IMG/VR virus record: IMGVR_UViG_3300005613_003484
Location: 2,540 to 66,539 of that record
DNA from: a virus
DNA: 64,000 nucleotides
Direction: 5' to 3' (one strand)
Shown here: one piece after another, positions 10,036-17,702 of the stretch
Numbering within the stretch: the stretch's first letter is position 1
Layout: the number at the start of each line of letters is the position of its first letter
The notes under the pieces: generated by a model
Told to the model about the DNA's origin: nothing
The model's input: the letters and a program-made list of their open reading frames with translations, nothing else
Databases searched by the model: none
Translations under genes and position numbers: made by a program

Positions 10036-10966
10036 AATTACTCCTATTTTTTAGAAACCAATCAATTGTAGTCTTCAAACCATCTTCAAGGGAGGTTTTT
10101 GCCTTCCATCCCAAGGAACTCATTTTTGAAGTGTCCAATGCTCTACGAGGAGTACCATTTGGTTTACTTACATCCCAGATTAACTTACCATTATACCCAA
10201 CAAGTCTTGCAACGATCTCAGAGAGTTCTTTAATACTCACTTCTCTCTCAGGTCCAATGTTAATAATTTCTGGGTCTTCATAGTTATTCATCAGGAAAAC
10301 AAGGCCATCGGCAAGATCATCCGAGAAAAGAAACTCTCTAGTCGGACTACCATCACCAAAGCAGACAACACTTTCCGAACCAGAATCTTTTGCAGTAACA
10401 AACTTATTGATAAAGCTTGGAATTACATGGCATTGTTCAATAATAAAATTATCATTAATACCATAAAGATTATTGGGCATTACAGATACAGTTGGAAATC
10501 CATACTGATCTGTATATTTTTTACACATCATATATCCAGCAATTTTTGCTAGTGAATATGAAATATTTGTCTCTTCAAGAGGTCCTGTCATCAAATACTC
10601 TTCTTTGATCGGCACCGGAGCATGTTTTGGGTAGATGCAGGCCGATCCTAAAAAGAGCAATTTCTTACACCCATTACGATATGCTGCGTCAATTACATTT
10701 GTCTGAATCTGCAAATTTTCCCGAATAAAATCAGCGGGAATTGCTTTATTATAACCAATACCACCCACTTTTGCTGCGCCCAGAAAAACATAATCTGGTC
10801 TTTCTTCAGCAAAAAATTCATCAACATCTTTTTGAACCCTCAAATCCAATTGTGCCCTAGAGCGAGTCAATAGATTAGTATATCCATTGGATGTTAGTTG
10901 TCTAGAAATTGCAGACCCAACAAGACCTCTATGTCCCGCAATAAAAATTTTAGAATCAATTTCCAT
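10022..10966 (-). CDS. fcl: GDP-L-fucose synthase / ColC-like epimerase-reductase
   Basis: [25 protein letters not shown], YxxxK (YSLAK), MPNNLYG, REFL. Confidence 0.93.
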   Translation of the reverse strand: MEIDSKIFIAGHRGLVGSAISRQLTSNGYTNLLTRSRAQLDLRVQKDVDEFFAEERPDYVFLGAAKVGGIGYNKAIPADFIRENLQIQTNVIDAAYRNGCKKLLFLGSACIYPKHAPVPIKEEYLMTGPLEETNISYSLAKIAGYMMCKKYTDQYGFPTVSVMPNNLYGINDNFIIEQCHVIPSFINKFVTAKDSGSESVVCFGDGSPTREFLFSDDLADGLVFLMNNYEDPEIINIGPEREVSIKELSEIVARLVGYNGKLIWDVSKPNGTPRRALDTSKMSSLGWKAKTSLEDGLKTTIDWFLKNRSNYVRL

Positions 10967-11963
10967 TAATACACATATCCTGAACTAATTGTTTAAAAGA
11001 AATTTTAGGTTCCCAACCCAGAATTTCCTTTGCTTTAGTAGCATCACCTAATAAAGTCTCTACTTCAGCAGGTCGAAAATATTTAGGATTGACTGCGATT
11101 ACCATATTACCAGTATTCGTATCATATCCTGCTTCATCAAAACCTTCACCTTCCCATGCAATATTAATACCAAAGTAAGGTGCAGCTTCTTCAACAAATT
11201 GTCTAACTGAATATTGTTCTCCAGTAGCAATTACGTAATCATCTGGAGAATCTTGCTGCAGCATCAACCACATTGCTTCCACAAAATCTTTTGCATGTCC
11301 CCAATCTCTCTTTGCATTTAGATTTCCGAGATATAATATGTTTTGTTCCCCAGTTGAAATTCGTGAAAGTCCTCTAGTGATTTTTCTTGTGACAAAAGTT
11401 TCTCCTCTGCGAGGGGATTCGTGATTGAAAAGAATTCCAGAACTTGCATGTAATCCGTATGATTCTCTGTAATTTTTAATGATCCAGTATCCATAAACTT
11501 TTGCAACTCCATAAGGTGATCGTGGATAAAATGGAGTTGTTTCTTTTTGAGGAACTTCTTGAACTAATCCAAACATTTCCGAAGTTGATGCTTGGTATAT
11601 ACGAACTTTATCTTCCATACCAAGAAGACGCACTGCTTCAAGAACACGAAGAGTTCCTAATGCATCAACCTGTCCAGTATACTCAGGCATTTCAAAAGAA
11701 ACTTTTACATGACTCTGAGCACCAAGATTATAAATTTCTGTTGGCTGCACTTTTTGAATAACACTGACAAGATTCGTAGAATCAGTCAGATCCCCATAAT
11801 GAAGATGCAATTGATCATAAATGTGATCAATTCGTTTTGTATTAATGGATGATGATCGACGAATAATACCGTGAACCTCATATCCTTTTTCTAATAGTAG
11901 CTCGGCAAGATAAGATCCATCTTGACCTGTCACGCCAGTGATCAAAGCAATTTTTTTATTCAC
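10956..11963 (-). CDS. gmd: GDP-mannose 4,6-dehydratase
   Basis: [49 protein letters not shown]. Confidence 0.97.
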   Translation of the reverse strand: MNKKIALITGVTGQDGSYLAELLLEKGYEVHGIIRRSSSINTKRIDHIYDQLHLHYGDLTDSTNLVSVIQKVQPTEIYNLGAQSHVKVSFEMPEYTGQVDALGTLRVLEAVRLLGMEDKVRIYQASTSEMFGLVQEVPQKETTPFYPRSPYGVAKVYGYWIIKNYRESYGLHASSGILFNHESPRRGETFVTRKITRGLSRISTGEQNILYLGNLNAKRDWGHAKDFVEAMWLMLQQDSPDDYVIATGEQYSVRQFVEEAAPYFGINIAWEGEGFDEAGYDTNTGNMVIAVNPKYFRPAEVETLLGDATKAKEILGWEPKISFKQLVQDMCINGN

Positions 11964-11966
11964 ACA

Positions 11967-12791
11967 TTAAACCCCACAATTCGTAAAATTCACTTGCCCA
12001 TTTCTTGTTGCCCAAATTGGATATTCCCTTCCATATGTATTCCAGATCTTTGCCTGCTCTTTTCCAACCGGAACTCCGGATAGTCCAGCTGCATTCCAAA
12101 TTGTTTCATATGTATCATCCTCATGAAAAGTAAAGTCGTGAGATTCCGATTTCTTCTTTAGTAGTAGAGACCAAATTGACTGATCGTGTCGATTTTCCCT
12201 GAAAATAGTATCATTAGGGAGAGTTGATAGACTATCGTCTAAGTATTTCCCCCCATCGTCAACGCAAATATCCATCCAATCCTCAACAAGTTTCTTTACC
12301 ATTGGGGTATTCTTCAAAAAGAAAATTGTAGATATAATTTGTCTCGTCATCAAATATACATCATTGTCACCAATAATGCGACGATAGGTATCCATTTTTG
12401 TCCATTGTATCTCTGGAAGATCTAAAGTAAAAAATACTCCCTGGGTCTCAATGCACTCTTTATAATATTGTTGGAGTTTGTCTAGACCATTTTTGTTTAA
12501 CTCACATCCAGAGTCAACATAAAGTAAAACATCATTTTCTGTAATAGAATTTAATGCTTGTAGGATAAAATAAGGTTTACATGCATAATATCCATAATAT
12601 CGTCGCTGCATACCAACACGAGGTTTCATCATTGGCTTTGCATGTGTTTCCCAAAAAGTATTATTTTCTAAGTCTTGTTCTCCATATTCCAAGATAGACT
12701 TAAATACTCCGAAGTTCTCTGCCTGCTTTTTAATTCTATTTTTCCCAATAGAAAAGTTATTGTCACCAAAATATGTTAAATGTAAATCCAT
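11967..12791 (-). CDS. hypothetical protein, putative glycosyltransferase
   Basis: LLYVDSG (DxG) and ENRHDQSIWSLL motifs; first gene of the glycan operon. Confidence 0.6.
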   Translation of the reverse strand: MDLHLTYFGDNNFSIGKNRIKKQAENFGVFKSILEYGEQDLENNTFWETHAKPMMKPRVGMQRRYYGYYACKPYFILQALNSITENDVLLYVDSGCELNKNGLDKLQQYYKECIETQGVFFTLDLPEIQWTKMDTYRRIIGDNDVYLMTRQIISTIFFLKNTPMVKKLVEDWMDICVDDGGKYLDDSLSTLPNDTIFRENRHDQSIWSLLLKKKSESHDFTFHEDDTYETIWNAAGLSGVPVGKEQAKIWNTYGREYPIWATRNGQVNFTNCGV

Positions 12792-12815
12792 GCTTCAGTT
12801 ATCACCGATCTATGT

Positions 12816-12845
12816 ATTATACCAAAAAAGAGGAGTTGTTGTCAA
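12816..12845 (-). promoter_or_regulatory. sigma70-type promoter for the glycan operon
   Basis: TTGACA-18 nt-TATAAT. Confidence 0.7.
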
Positions 12846-12853
12846 CCCATGAC

Positions 12854-13096
12854 TTAAGCTGGAACATCTACTTGAAGATCTTCGGATAAAAGACTCAAAA
12901 TTAGTTCATAATCAGCTTCCGATTCTTGATAAAATTGAACTCCTTGTTCTTCATAAAATTTCTTAACTTTTTTGAAAAGTTTTGGTTGATCATATTCTAA
13001 ATCAATTTCTCGGTTTGCTGCGCGAGTAAGAGTGTAAATTGATTTGCGAAATTTGGAATTAAAAGAATAGTCAGACATGTGTTGAATTAAATTCAT
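12854..13096 (-). CDS. hypothetical protein
   Basis: ORF track; start shortened because a perfect promoter (13101-13129) overlaps the longer start. Confidence 0.65.
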   Translation of the reverse strand: MNLIQHMSDYSFNSKFRKSIYTLTRAANREIDLEYDQPKLFKKVKKFYEEQGVQFYQESEADYELILSLLSEDLQVDVPA

Positions 13097-13100
13097 TTTT

Positions 13101-13129
13101 ATTATATGGGAATAAAGCAGTCGTGTCAA
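13101..13129 (-). promoter_or_regulatory. sigma70-type promoter
   Basis: TTGACA-17 nt-TATAAT. Confidence 0.75.
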
Positions 13130-13150
13130 GGGGCAAATGATTAAAATTTT

Positions 13151-13339
13151 TTATGATGCTTCTTCGTGGTCTGTGTGAATTCTTATCAAATCATCATCAC
13201 TAGAGCCAAATGAAGAATTATATGGCATTACTATTGCATTTCCGTAACTACTAGTTACTATAAATGACTCCCCATTTTCAACTTTTTCCATCAAATTGTC
13301 AAAATTAGTTTGAAACTGTTCTACCGTGAATGATTCCAT
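13151..13339 (-). CDS. Phd/YefM-like small protein
   Basis: FTVEQFQTNFDNLMEKVENGESFIVT..GNAIVMP resembles the Phd N-terminal DNA-binding pattern; own promoter TTGACT-17-TATGAT at 13367-13395. Confidence 0.55.
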   Translation of the reverse strand: MESFTVEQFQTNFDNLMEKVENGESFIVTSSYGNAIVMPYNSSFGSSDDDLIRIHTDHEEAS

Positions 13340-13391
13340 TTTACATTATCAATTTTTTATGACTATATCATACTACAAGTTAGAATTGCAG

Positions 13392-13511
13392 TCAAGTCTC
13401 GTCTTCAGTCCCATCTTCGTATGAACATGGTTCTTCAAATAACTCAATCATTTTTTGTTGCAAAACTCTTTGCTGTAAATTTTCTATATCTTCTTCAGTT
13501 AGTTCTACCAC
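13392..13511 (-). CDS. small acidic hypothetical protein (39 aa)
   Basis: Manual translation from a GTG preceded by GGAG: VVELTEEDIENLQQRVLQQKMIELFEEP... Confidence 0.45.
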   Translation of the reverse strand: MVELTEEDIENLQQRVLQQKMIELFEEPCSYEDGTEDET

Positions 13512-13656
13512 CGTCTCCCTTAAAAAACTTTTCTAATGGATCTTTTTTAGTTTTAGATATTTCTACTGCTCTTCGATAAAACATGTTATTTGTATTTCCA
13601 GATGCTTCAAATGTAGCTTTAATTTTTAGCCAATTTTCGTATGTATGTTGATCCAT
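13495..13656 (-). CDS. hypothetical protein (53 aa)
   Basis: Manual translation MDQHTYENWLKIKATFEASGNTNNMFYRRAVEISK...; resembles a recurrent small cyanophage protein. Confidence 0.6.
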   Translation of the reverse strand: MDQHTYENWLKIKATFEASGNTNNMFYRRAVEISKTKKDPLEKFFKGDGGRTN

Positions 13657-13724
13657 TTATAAGATGTTATATTACCATTAATTATAATCGATAATATTTT
13701 AGGTCAAAATTATGTTATGAAATC

Positions 13725-14096
13725 TTAATATCCGTGATTCATAATTGTTTTTGTATACTTTCTTAATATTTCACCAGCTCTTGAATTTGCTTCATTTTCA
13801 CATTCACTTCCAGTTTCTCCGCTCATTTCTTTGCCACTTTGTTTTTGTTGATAATGAACTAGTTCATGAGCAATAGTTCTACAAACATCTAATGGATGTC
13901 TTTTTGCGATTTGGATTTTAATTTCATCCGTACCAAGATTAAAACAACCAAATGTTTTATTATCTACAGAAAACTGTGGATCATCTATGACAGTAATTTT
14001 TGGTAAGGTAGATAAATTAAGTTCGTCTTTAACAAAGTCCATGAAATCTTTGACCTGGACTTTTTTTGATTCACATAGAAACTCTTTAAATTTCAT
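13725..14096 (-). CDS. putative Zn metallopeptidase (HExxH) with capsid-targeting-like N-terminus
   Basis: RTIAHELVHYQQ...ENEAN; N-terminus MKFKEFLCE; TATAAATA just upstream. Confidence 0.7.
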   Translation of the reverse strand: MKFKEFLCESKKVQVKDFMDFVKDELNLSTLPKITVIDDPQFSVDNKTFGCFNLGTDEIKIQIAKRHPLDVCRTIAHELVHYQQKQSGKEMSGETGSECENEANSRAGEILRKYTKTIMNHGY

Positions 14097-14133
14097 GAGT
14101 TTTTTATATATTTATAGATTATATTTTTAAATC

Positions 14134-14394
14134 TTATCTAACTTCAAAATCTAATTTACGAACTTTCCTATTTCTTCTCTGTTCTTGCCACATAATATCT
14201 TCATTTGTAAGGAATTTTTTACATTTATTTTTTTCATATCCAGAGTTTAACATAACTATTTGCCCTAAGTCAACAGCAGATATTTTATCTCCATTTATGG
14301 TTGCCATGTTGGGACAACCGCAACTTATTGTTTTACTAAGATGTCCTTCTATTTCCTTCCCGCAGGATCGACATCTAATTTTTATATTTTCCAT
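14134..14394 (-). CDS. hypothetical Zn-ribbon protein
   Basis: CRSC...CGCPN; C-terminal RKVRKLDFEVR. Confidence 0.7.
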   Translation of the reverse strand: MENIKIRCRSCGKEIEGHLSKTISCGCPNMATINGDKISAVDLGQIVMLNSGYEKNKCKKFLTNEDIMWQEQRRNRKVRKLDFEVR

Positions 14395-14434
14395 TTTATA
14401 TTAAAGTATACCCATTCATTTTTTATATTTATAA

Positions 14435-14507
14435 TGCCCGATACAGGTTCCGCCCCTGTCAATGCCACTTTGTAAGAGTGGTCTCTTCACTAGCTGAGTC
14501 ATCGGGC
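14435..14507 (-). tRNA. tRNA-Val(UAC) with non-canonical D and T loops
   Basis: GCCCGAT acceptor stem pairs with ATCGGGC; anticodon arm CCACT-CTTACAA-AGTGG; T arm ACAGG-GGCGGAA-CCTGT. Confidence 0.75.
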
Positions 14508-14516
14508 AAAAAGACA

Positions 14517-14678
14517 TTAATTGTCTAAAAGATACTCAACAGTATTTGCAATATCGGACATTGCAACGCGAAGTTCAGATTGTTGTCCCGATTCCATTTT
14601 ATAAGGATCTGATTGCTCATCACAAAGAGTCCATCTCCATTGTTTATTATGCTCAGAAAACCACAAATTTATTTTCAT
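14517..14678 (-). CDS. hypothetical protein (53 aa)
   Basis: Manual translation MKINLWFSEHNKQWRWTL...MESGQQSELRVAMSDIANTVEYLLDN. Confidence 0.65.
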   Translation of the reverse strand: MKINLWFSEHNKQWRWTLCDEQSDPYKMESGQQSELRVAMSDIANTVEYLLDN

Positions 14679-14681
14679 AAT

Positions 14682-14840
14682 TCAAAATGTTTCATATTTA
14701 GAGTGATCAATTTTAATCCAATTCAGAAGAGCATAATATTCAACAAGTTCTTCTGCATCTTTTTGCGAATCAAGGTGATTCATATAAAACTCAATTGCCT
14801 TGATTGCATTTTGACGATCTTTTTGAGAAAGTAAAGACAT
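14682..14840 (-). CDS. hypothetical protein
   Basis: MSLLSQKDRQ...LLNWIKID; start placed downstream of the promoter at 14869-14897. Confidence 0.6.
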   Translation of the reverse strand: MSLLSQKDRQNAIKAIEFYMNHLDSQKDAEELVEYYALLNWIKIDHSKYETF

Positions 14841-14868
14841 TACATTCAATATAAAAATTTGCAGTATT

Positions 14869-14907
14869 ATTATACTACAAAAAGAAAGAGGTGTCAAGCA
14901 CCTCTTT
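14869..14907 (-). promoter_or_regulatory. terminator hairpin fused with a sigma70 promoter
   Basis: AAAGAGGTG-cttga-CACCTCTTT followed by a T run; TTGACA-17-TATAAT overlaps it. Confidence 0.75.
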
Positions 14908-14957
14908 AACATATTATTTAGATTTTAAGACATAATCGGAATAAATCCGATCATCCA

Positions 14958-15779
14958 TCAAAATTTGAATCCAGCACCGACAGTACCAACAAGAGAGTAG
15001 TTATCTACACTATTGTCACCAAAGGGGAACTTCACATTTGCAAAGGCAACGAAGTTCTTACTGACACTGACCTCAGTACCAACAACACCATAACCACTAG
15101 TATTCTCACCATACATGTTGTAGGTATTATCAGCACCACCAATTGCACCACCGACACCAGCACCAGCAAAAACGTTCCAGGAAGCAACCTTAGAACCATC
15201 ACTCAGAGTACGACGACCAACAGGGAAATCAATCGTTGCAGCACCACCCAGAGTGGTTTGATTATTATCCATAAATGACAGTTCAGGGCGCAGAGAAACT
15301 GCAACATTATTGTCCCACTCATAAAGACGAGCACGACCAGTCAGAGTAGCACCAGCAGCGTAGTCATTACCCTCAGGATTACCATCGGTAGAATAACCAC
15401 TGAATGCAAGACCAGCATAATTACCAACTCCAAGTTCACGGCGCTCGGCAGCAACTTCAAGAGCAGTCAGCCTCGGACCATACTCAGCACGAAGAGCAGC
15501 AGCAAGAGCGGCATCAGCAGCAGTATAAAACTCAACAATGTTGGAGAGACAATGATTTGTAAGTGCGGCCATTTGAGCACGAGTGGCTGGTTCACCAGGA
15601 CGGAAGGTTCCATCAGGAAACCCTTCAGCACAACCATAACGCTCCTTCAGGTTTAGAATTGCCTGATAAGCCCAATTGGTAGGTTGCACATCAGGAAACT
15701 GTCCCTGTGGCGTTGCCATAGCAGGAGCAGCAAATGAAGTGGCAGCAACAGCACCAGCAACAATAGAACGAAGTTTCAT
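14958..15779 (-). CDS. SLH-domain outer-membrane beta-barrel protein (cyanobacterial porin-like)
   Basis: Signal peptide; FPDVQPTNWAYQAI..L.ERYGC..GFPDGTFRP...TR SLH domain; coiled coil; amphipathic strands ending in C-terminal Phe. Confidence 0.85.
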   Translation of the reverse strand: MKLRSIVAGAVAATSFAAPAMATPQGQFPDVQPTNWAYQAILNLKERYGCAEGFPDGTFRPGEPATRAQMAALTNHCLSNIVEFYTAADAALAAALRAEYGPRLTALEVAAERRELGVGNYAGLAFSGYSTDGNPEGNDYAAGATLTGRARLYEWDNNVAVSLRPELSFMDNNQTTLGGAATIDFPVGRRTLSDGSKVASWNVFAGAGVGGAIGGADNTYNMYGENTSGYGVVGTEVSVSKNFVAFANVKFPFGDNSVDNYSLVGTVGAGFKF

Positions 15780-15848
15780 ACGTTAAGAAAAATTAACTAC
15801 AGGACGTATTTATGTATTCCCCATCACATTTTCTTAATGTTTGGGGAA

Positions 15849-15919
15849 AGCGGATGGTGGGAATCGAACCCACAACCTCTGCTTGGAAGGCAGACGTTTT
15901 ACCATTAAACTACACCCGC
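15849..15919 (-). tRNA. tRNA-Gly(UCC)
   Basis: GCGGGTGTAGTTTAATGGTAAAAC...CTTCCAA...GGTTCGATTCC cloverleaf. Confidence 0.93.
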
Positions 15920-15935
15920 ACAATATATAGGAAGG

Positions 15936-16031
15936 ACGCCGAGAGTGCCCTCGGCGTACCAGGCACTTGGTTTGTTTCGGATATGATGATCCCGAAACAT
16001 ATGATAGAATCGGATATTTCCGACCCTATCA
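15936..16031 (-). ncRNA. candidate structured RNA with four hairpins and a kissing-loop pair, between tRNA-Arg and tRNA-Gly
   Basis: Four stems; loops AGTGCC and GGCACT are complementary; G-U pairs favour the minus strand. Confidence 0.65.
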
Positions 16032-16032
16032 A

Positions 16033-16106
16033 CGCCTCAGGTTGGGATCGAACCAACGACCGATCGCTTAGAAGGCGATTGCTCTATTCCGCTGAGCTAC
16101 TGAGGC
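16033..16106 (-). tRNA. tRNA-Arg(UCU)
   Basis: GCCTCAGTAGCTCAGCGGAATAGAGC...CTTCTAA...GGTTCGATCCC cloverleaf. Confidence 0.93.
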
Positions 16107-16114
16107 ATGTGGTT

Positions 16115-16143
16115 ATTATATCACTCCTTAGGACAGTCGTCAA
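16115..16143 (-). promoter_or_regulatory. sigma70-type promoter for the tRNA cluster
   Basis: TTGACG-17-TATAAT, 8 nt upstream of tRNA-Arg. Confidence 0.7.
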
Positions 16144-16495
16144 TCCAAGGAGCACATAATCTCATAGGACCTCCAAGAAGTGAATCACCGGGTTCTTCAA
16201 TGAATCTCGGTTCTGGTATTTTAACCTCTCCTGTGTCTCCTGTCAAGCCCTCATACTCACGAATTGCTTTATCTACAGTTCGTTCGACTTTCCTTTCGAC
16301 AATACCAGGATCTTTTTGTAGTTCTGGTATGAGAGGACTGTCTGGATCAAAGTATAGAATCGCTTCATACACAACATCCCAGACTTTTGCTTCTTCAACT
16401 TTGAAAATTCCGGCAAGAGCAGCAACTAATAAAGTTAAGATTATAATAGTCTTTAGTGATGCTTTCTTCTTACCGAAATGAAAATTAAATTTCAT
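16121..16495 (-). CDS. hypothetical single-pass membrane protein
   Basis: N-terminal TM helix after a KKK cluster, C-terminal CxxWxxxC; late box CTAAATA upstream; adjacent to RlpA, possibly lysis related. Confidence 0.7.
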   Translation of the reverse strand: MKFNFHFGKKKASLKTIIILTLLVAALAGIFKVEEAKVWDVVYEAILYFDPDSPLIPELQKDPGIVERKVERTVDKAIREYEGLTGDTGEVKIPEPRFIEEPGDSLLGGPMRLCAPWIDDCPKE

Positions 16496-16523
16496 GGGGA
16501 GAATTCACTCCCCACTATTTAGT

Positions 16524-16886
16524 TCAGACTCTTGAATAACAAACCCTTACATGTCCTTGTGATGGACTTGCGATAGAAGAGAATGCACCATAAGAAAGAT
16601 CAAGATCTCGACCTCCAACATATGGTCCTCGGTCATTTACCCGAACAATCACCGATCTGCCATTTGACTGATTCGTCACTTTCAGTCTGGTCCCAAATGG
16701 TAGCCAACGATGTGCCACCGAATTACCATATGCATTGTAGGTTTCACCATTGGCAGTTGTTCTGCCATGATAACCATCACCTACTCCATAATGTGATGCG
16801 GAAGTACATCCGCTTGATGCCTTTGCCTCTGGGGTTACAAATCCCAGTGCTGCAATGGCGAAAAGGAAAGTTGAAAATAAACGCAC
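16524..16886 (-). CDS. rlpA: RlpA-like lytic transglycosylase (DPBB domain)
   Basis: ASHYG...TANGE...AHRWLPFGT.LKVTN..NGRSVIVRVNDRGPY...LDLS; a GTG start gives a signal peptide. Confidence 0.9.
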   Translation of the reverse strand: MRLFSTFLFAIAALGFVTPEAKASSGCTSASHYGVGDGYHGRTTANGETYNAYGNSVAHRWLPFGTRLKVTNQSNGRSVIVRVNDRGPYVGGRDLDLSYGAFSSIASPSQGHVRVCYSRV

Positions 16887-16989
16887 TAAATTAAATTGAA
16901 CTCTACATCCGTCTAGGAAAAGCGCACTTCCCCGTCTCAGGGGCAGATCCCACGGCTCTGAAGTCACGTCAAAATCGCATGACCATCAA

Positions 16990-17018
16990 ATTATAAGTGA
17001 GTATTTATACCTTGTCAA
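16990..17018 (-). promoter_or_regulatory. nested early and late promoters for rlpA
   Basis: TTGACA-17-TATAAT with TATAAATA inside the spacer. Confidence 0.75.
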
Positions 17019-17452
17019 CCCTTAAAGTAATCTTTACGGTAGTACCGTCCCAAAATATTTGAATTGTAGAACGCAGGAATCCCATCGTCAAGGGCTTCCG
17101 TGAGCACATTATTCAAAAATAACTGACGTGTTTCCTCATAATTCACACGTCCAGGAGTCTCATGCAAAGAAAGAATCTCTCTCTTGAAATTTTCCTTTCC
17201 GTACTTTGCAATATCTTCCTTTAATTCTGGACAAGATCCATAATAATTTTTCCAGTCGCTTTCTGTTGTAACTCTTCGACTCTTTCCCTTTGGTTTCCTT
17301 TTCGACCAAAAGTACTTTCTCCCAACATATCGACGCTTGGTGGTCTTACAGGTAATACGGTAAACAAACCCATAGTAATCCCCAATATCAGAGCTCCCAA
17401 ACGGATTCCCATAATAGATCCAGGGATTGTTATATTCTGTACTTTTAGACAC
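17015..17452 (-). CDS. GIY-YIG nuclease family protein
   Basis: GFVYRIT...RRYVGRK, YYGS, FKREIL motifs. Confidence 0.8.
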   Translation of the reverse strand: MSKSTEYNNPWIYYGNPFGSSDIGDYYGFVYRITCKTTKRRYVGRKYFWSKRKPKGKSRRVTTESDWKNYYGSCPELKEDIAKYGKENFKREILSLHETPGRVNYEETRQLFLNNVLTEALDDGIPAFYNSNILGRYYRKDYFKG

Positions 17453-17482
17453 TCATTCAGGAATTTATTTCCCTAATATTTA

Positions 17483-17638
17483 TCAGTCTGGGTATCCATC
17501 ATCATCATCAAAAATTTCATCGTAATCAGTATACTTATTTCTCATATATGAATCCGTATCAGAATAAATCTCTGACTCTAATTCCTCTAAGATTTGTCTT
17601 AGAGCACTTACTAAAACTTTAAGCTTAGCTCTATTCAT
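17483..17638 (-). CDS. small acidic hypothetical protein
   Basis: MNRAKLK...LESEIYSD...DDDDGYPD; AGGAG SD upstream. Confidence 0.7.
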   Translation of the reverse strand: MNRAKLKVLVSALRQILEELESEIYSDTDSYMRNKYTDYDEIFDDDDGYPD

Positions 17639-17660
17639 CTTTTTCTCCTTTGACAAGCCG

Positions 17661-17696
17661 ATTCTACACAAAAAAGGGGGGGTATGTCAACCCCCC
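17661..17696 (-). terminator. terminator hairpin with the -35 box in its loop
   Basis: GGGGGG-ttgacata-CCCCCCC-TTTTTT; TTGACA-18-TAGAAT. Confidence 0.7.
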
Positions 17697-17702
17697 TGAA
17701 AT

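Noticed and set aside
15812-16159. 115-aa plus-strand ORF
   Set aside because: It is the antisense reading of tRNA-Gly, the structured RNA and tRNA-Arg.
17650-17680. Plus-strand TTGACA (also near 62214) as antisense promoters
   Set aside because: No acceptable -10 box at 16-18 nt spacing.
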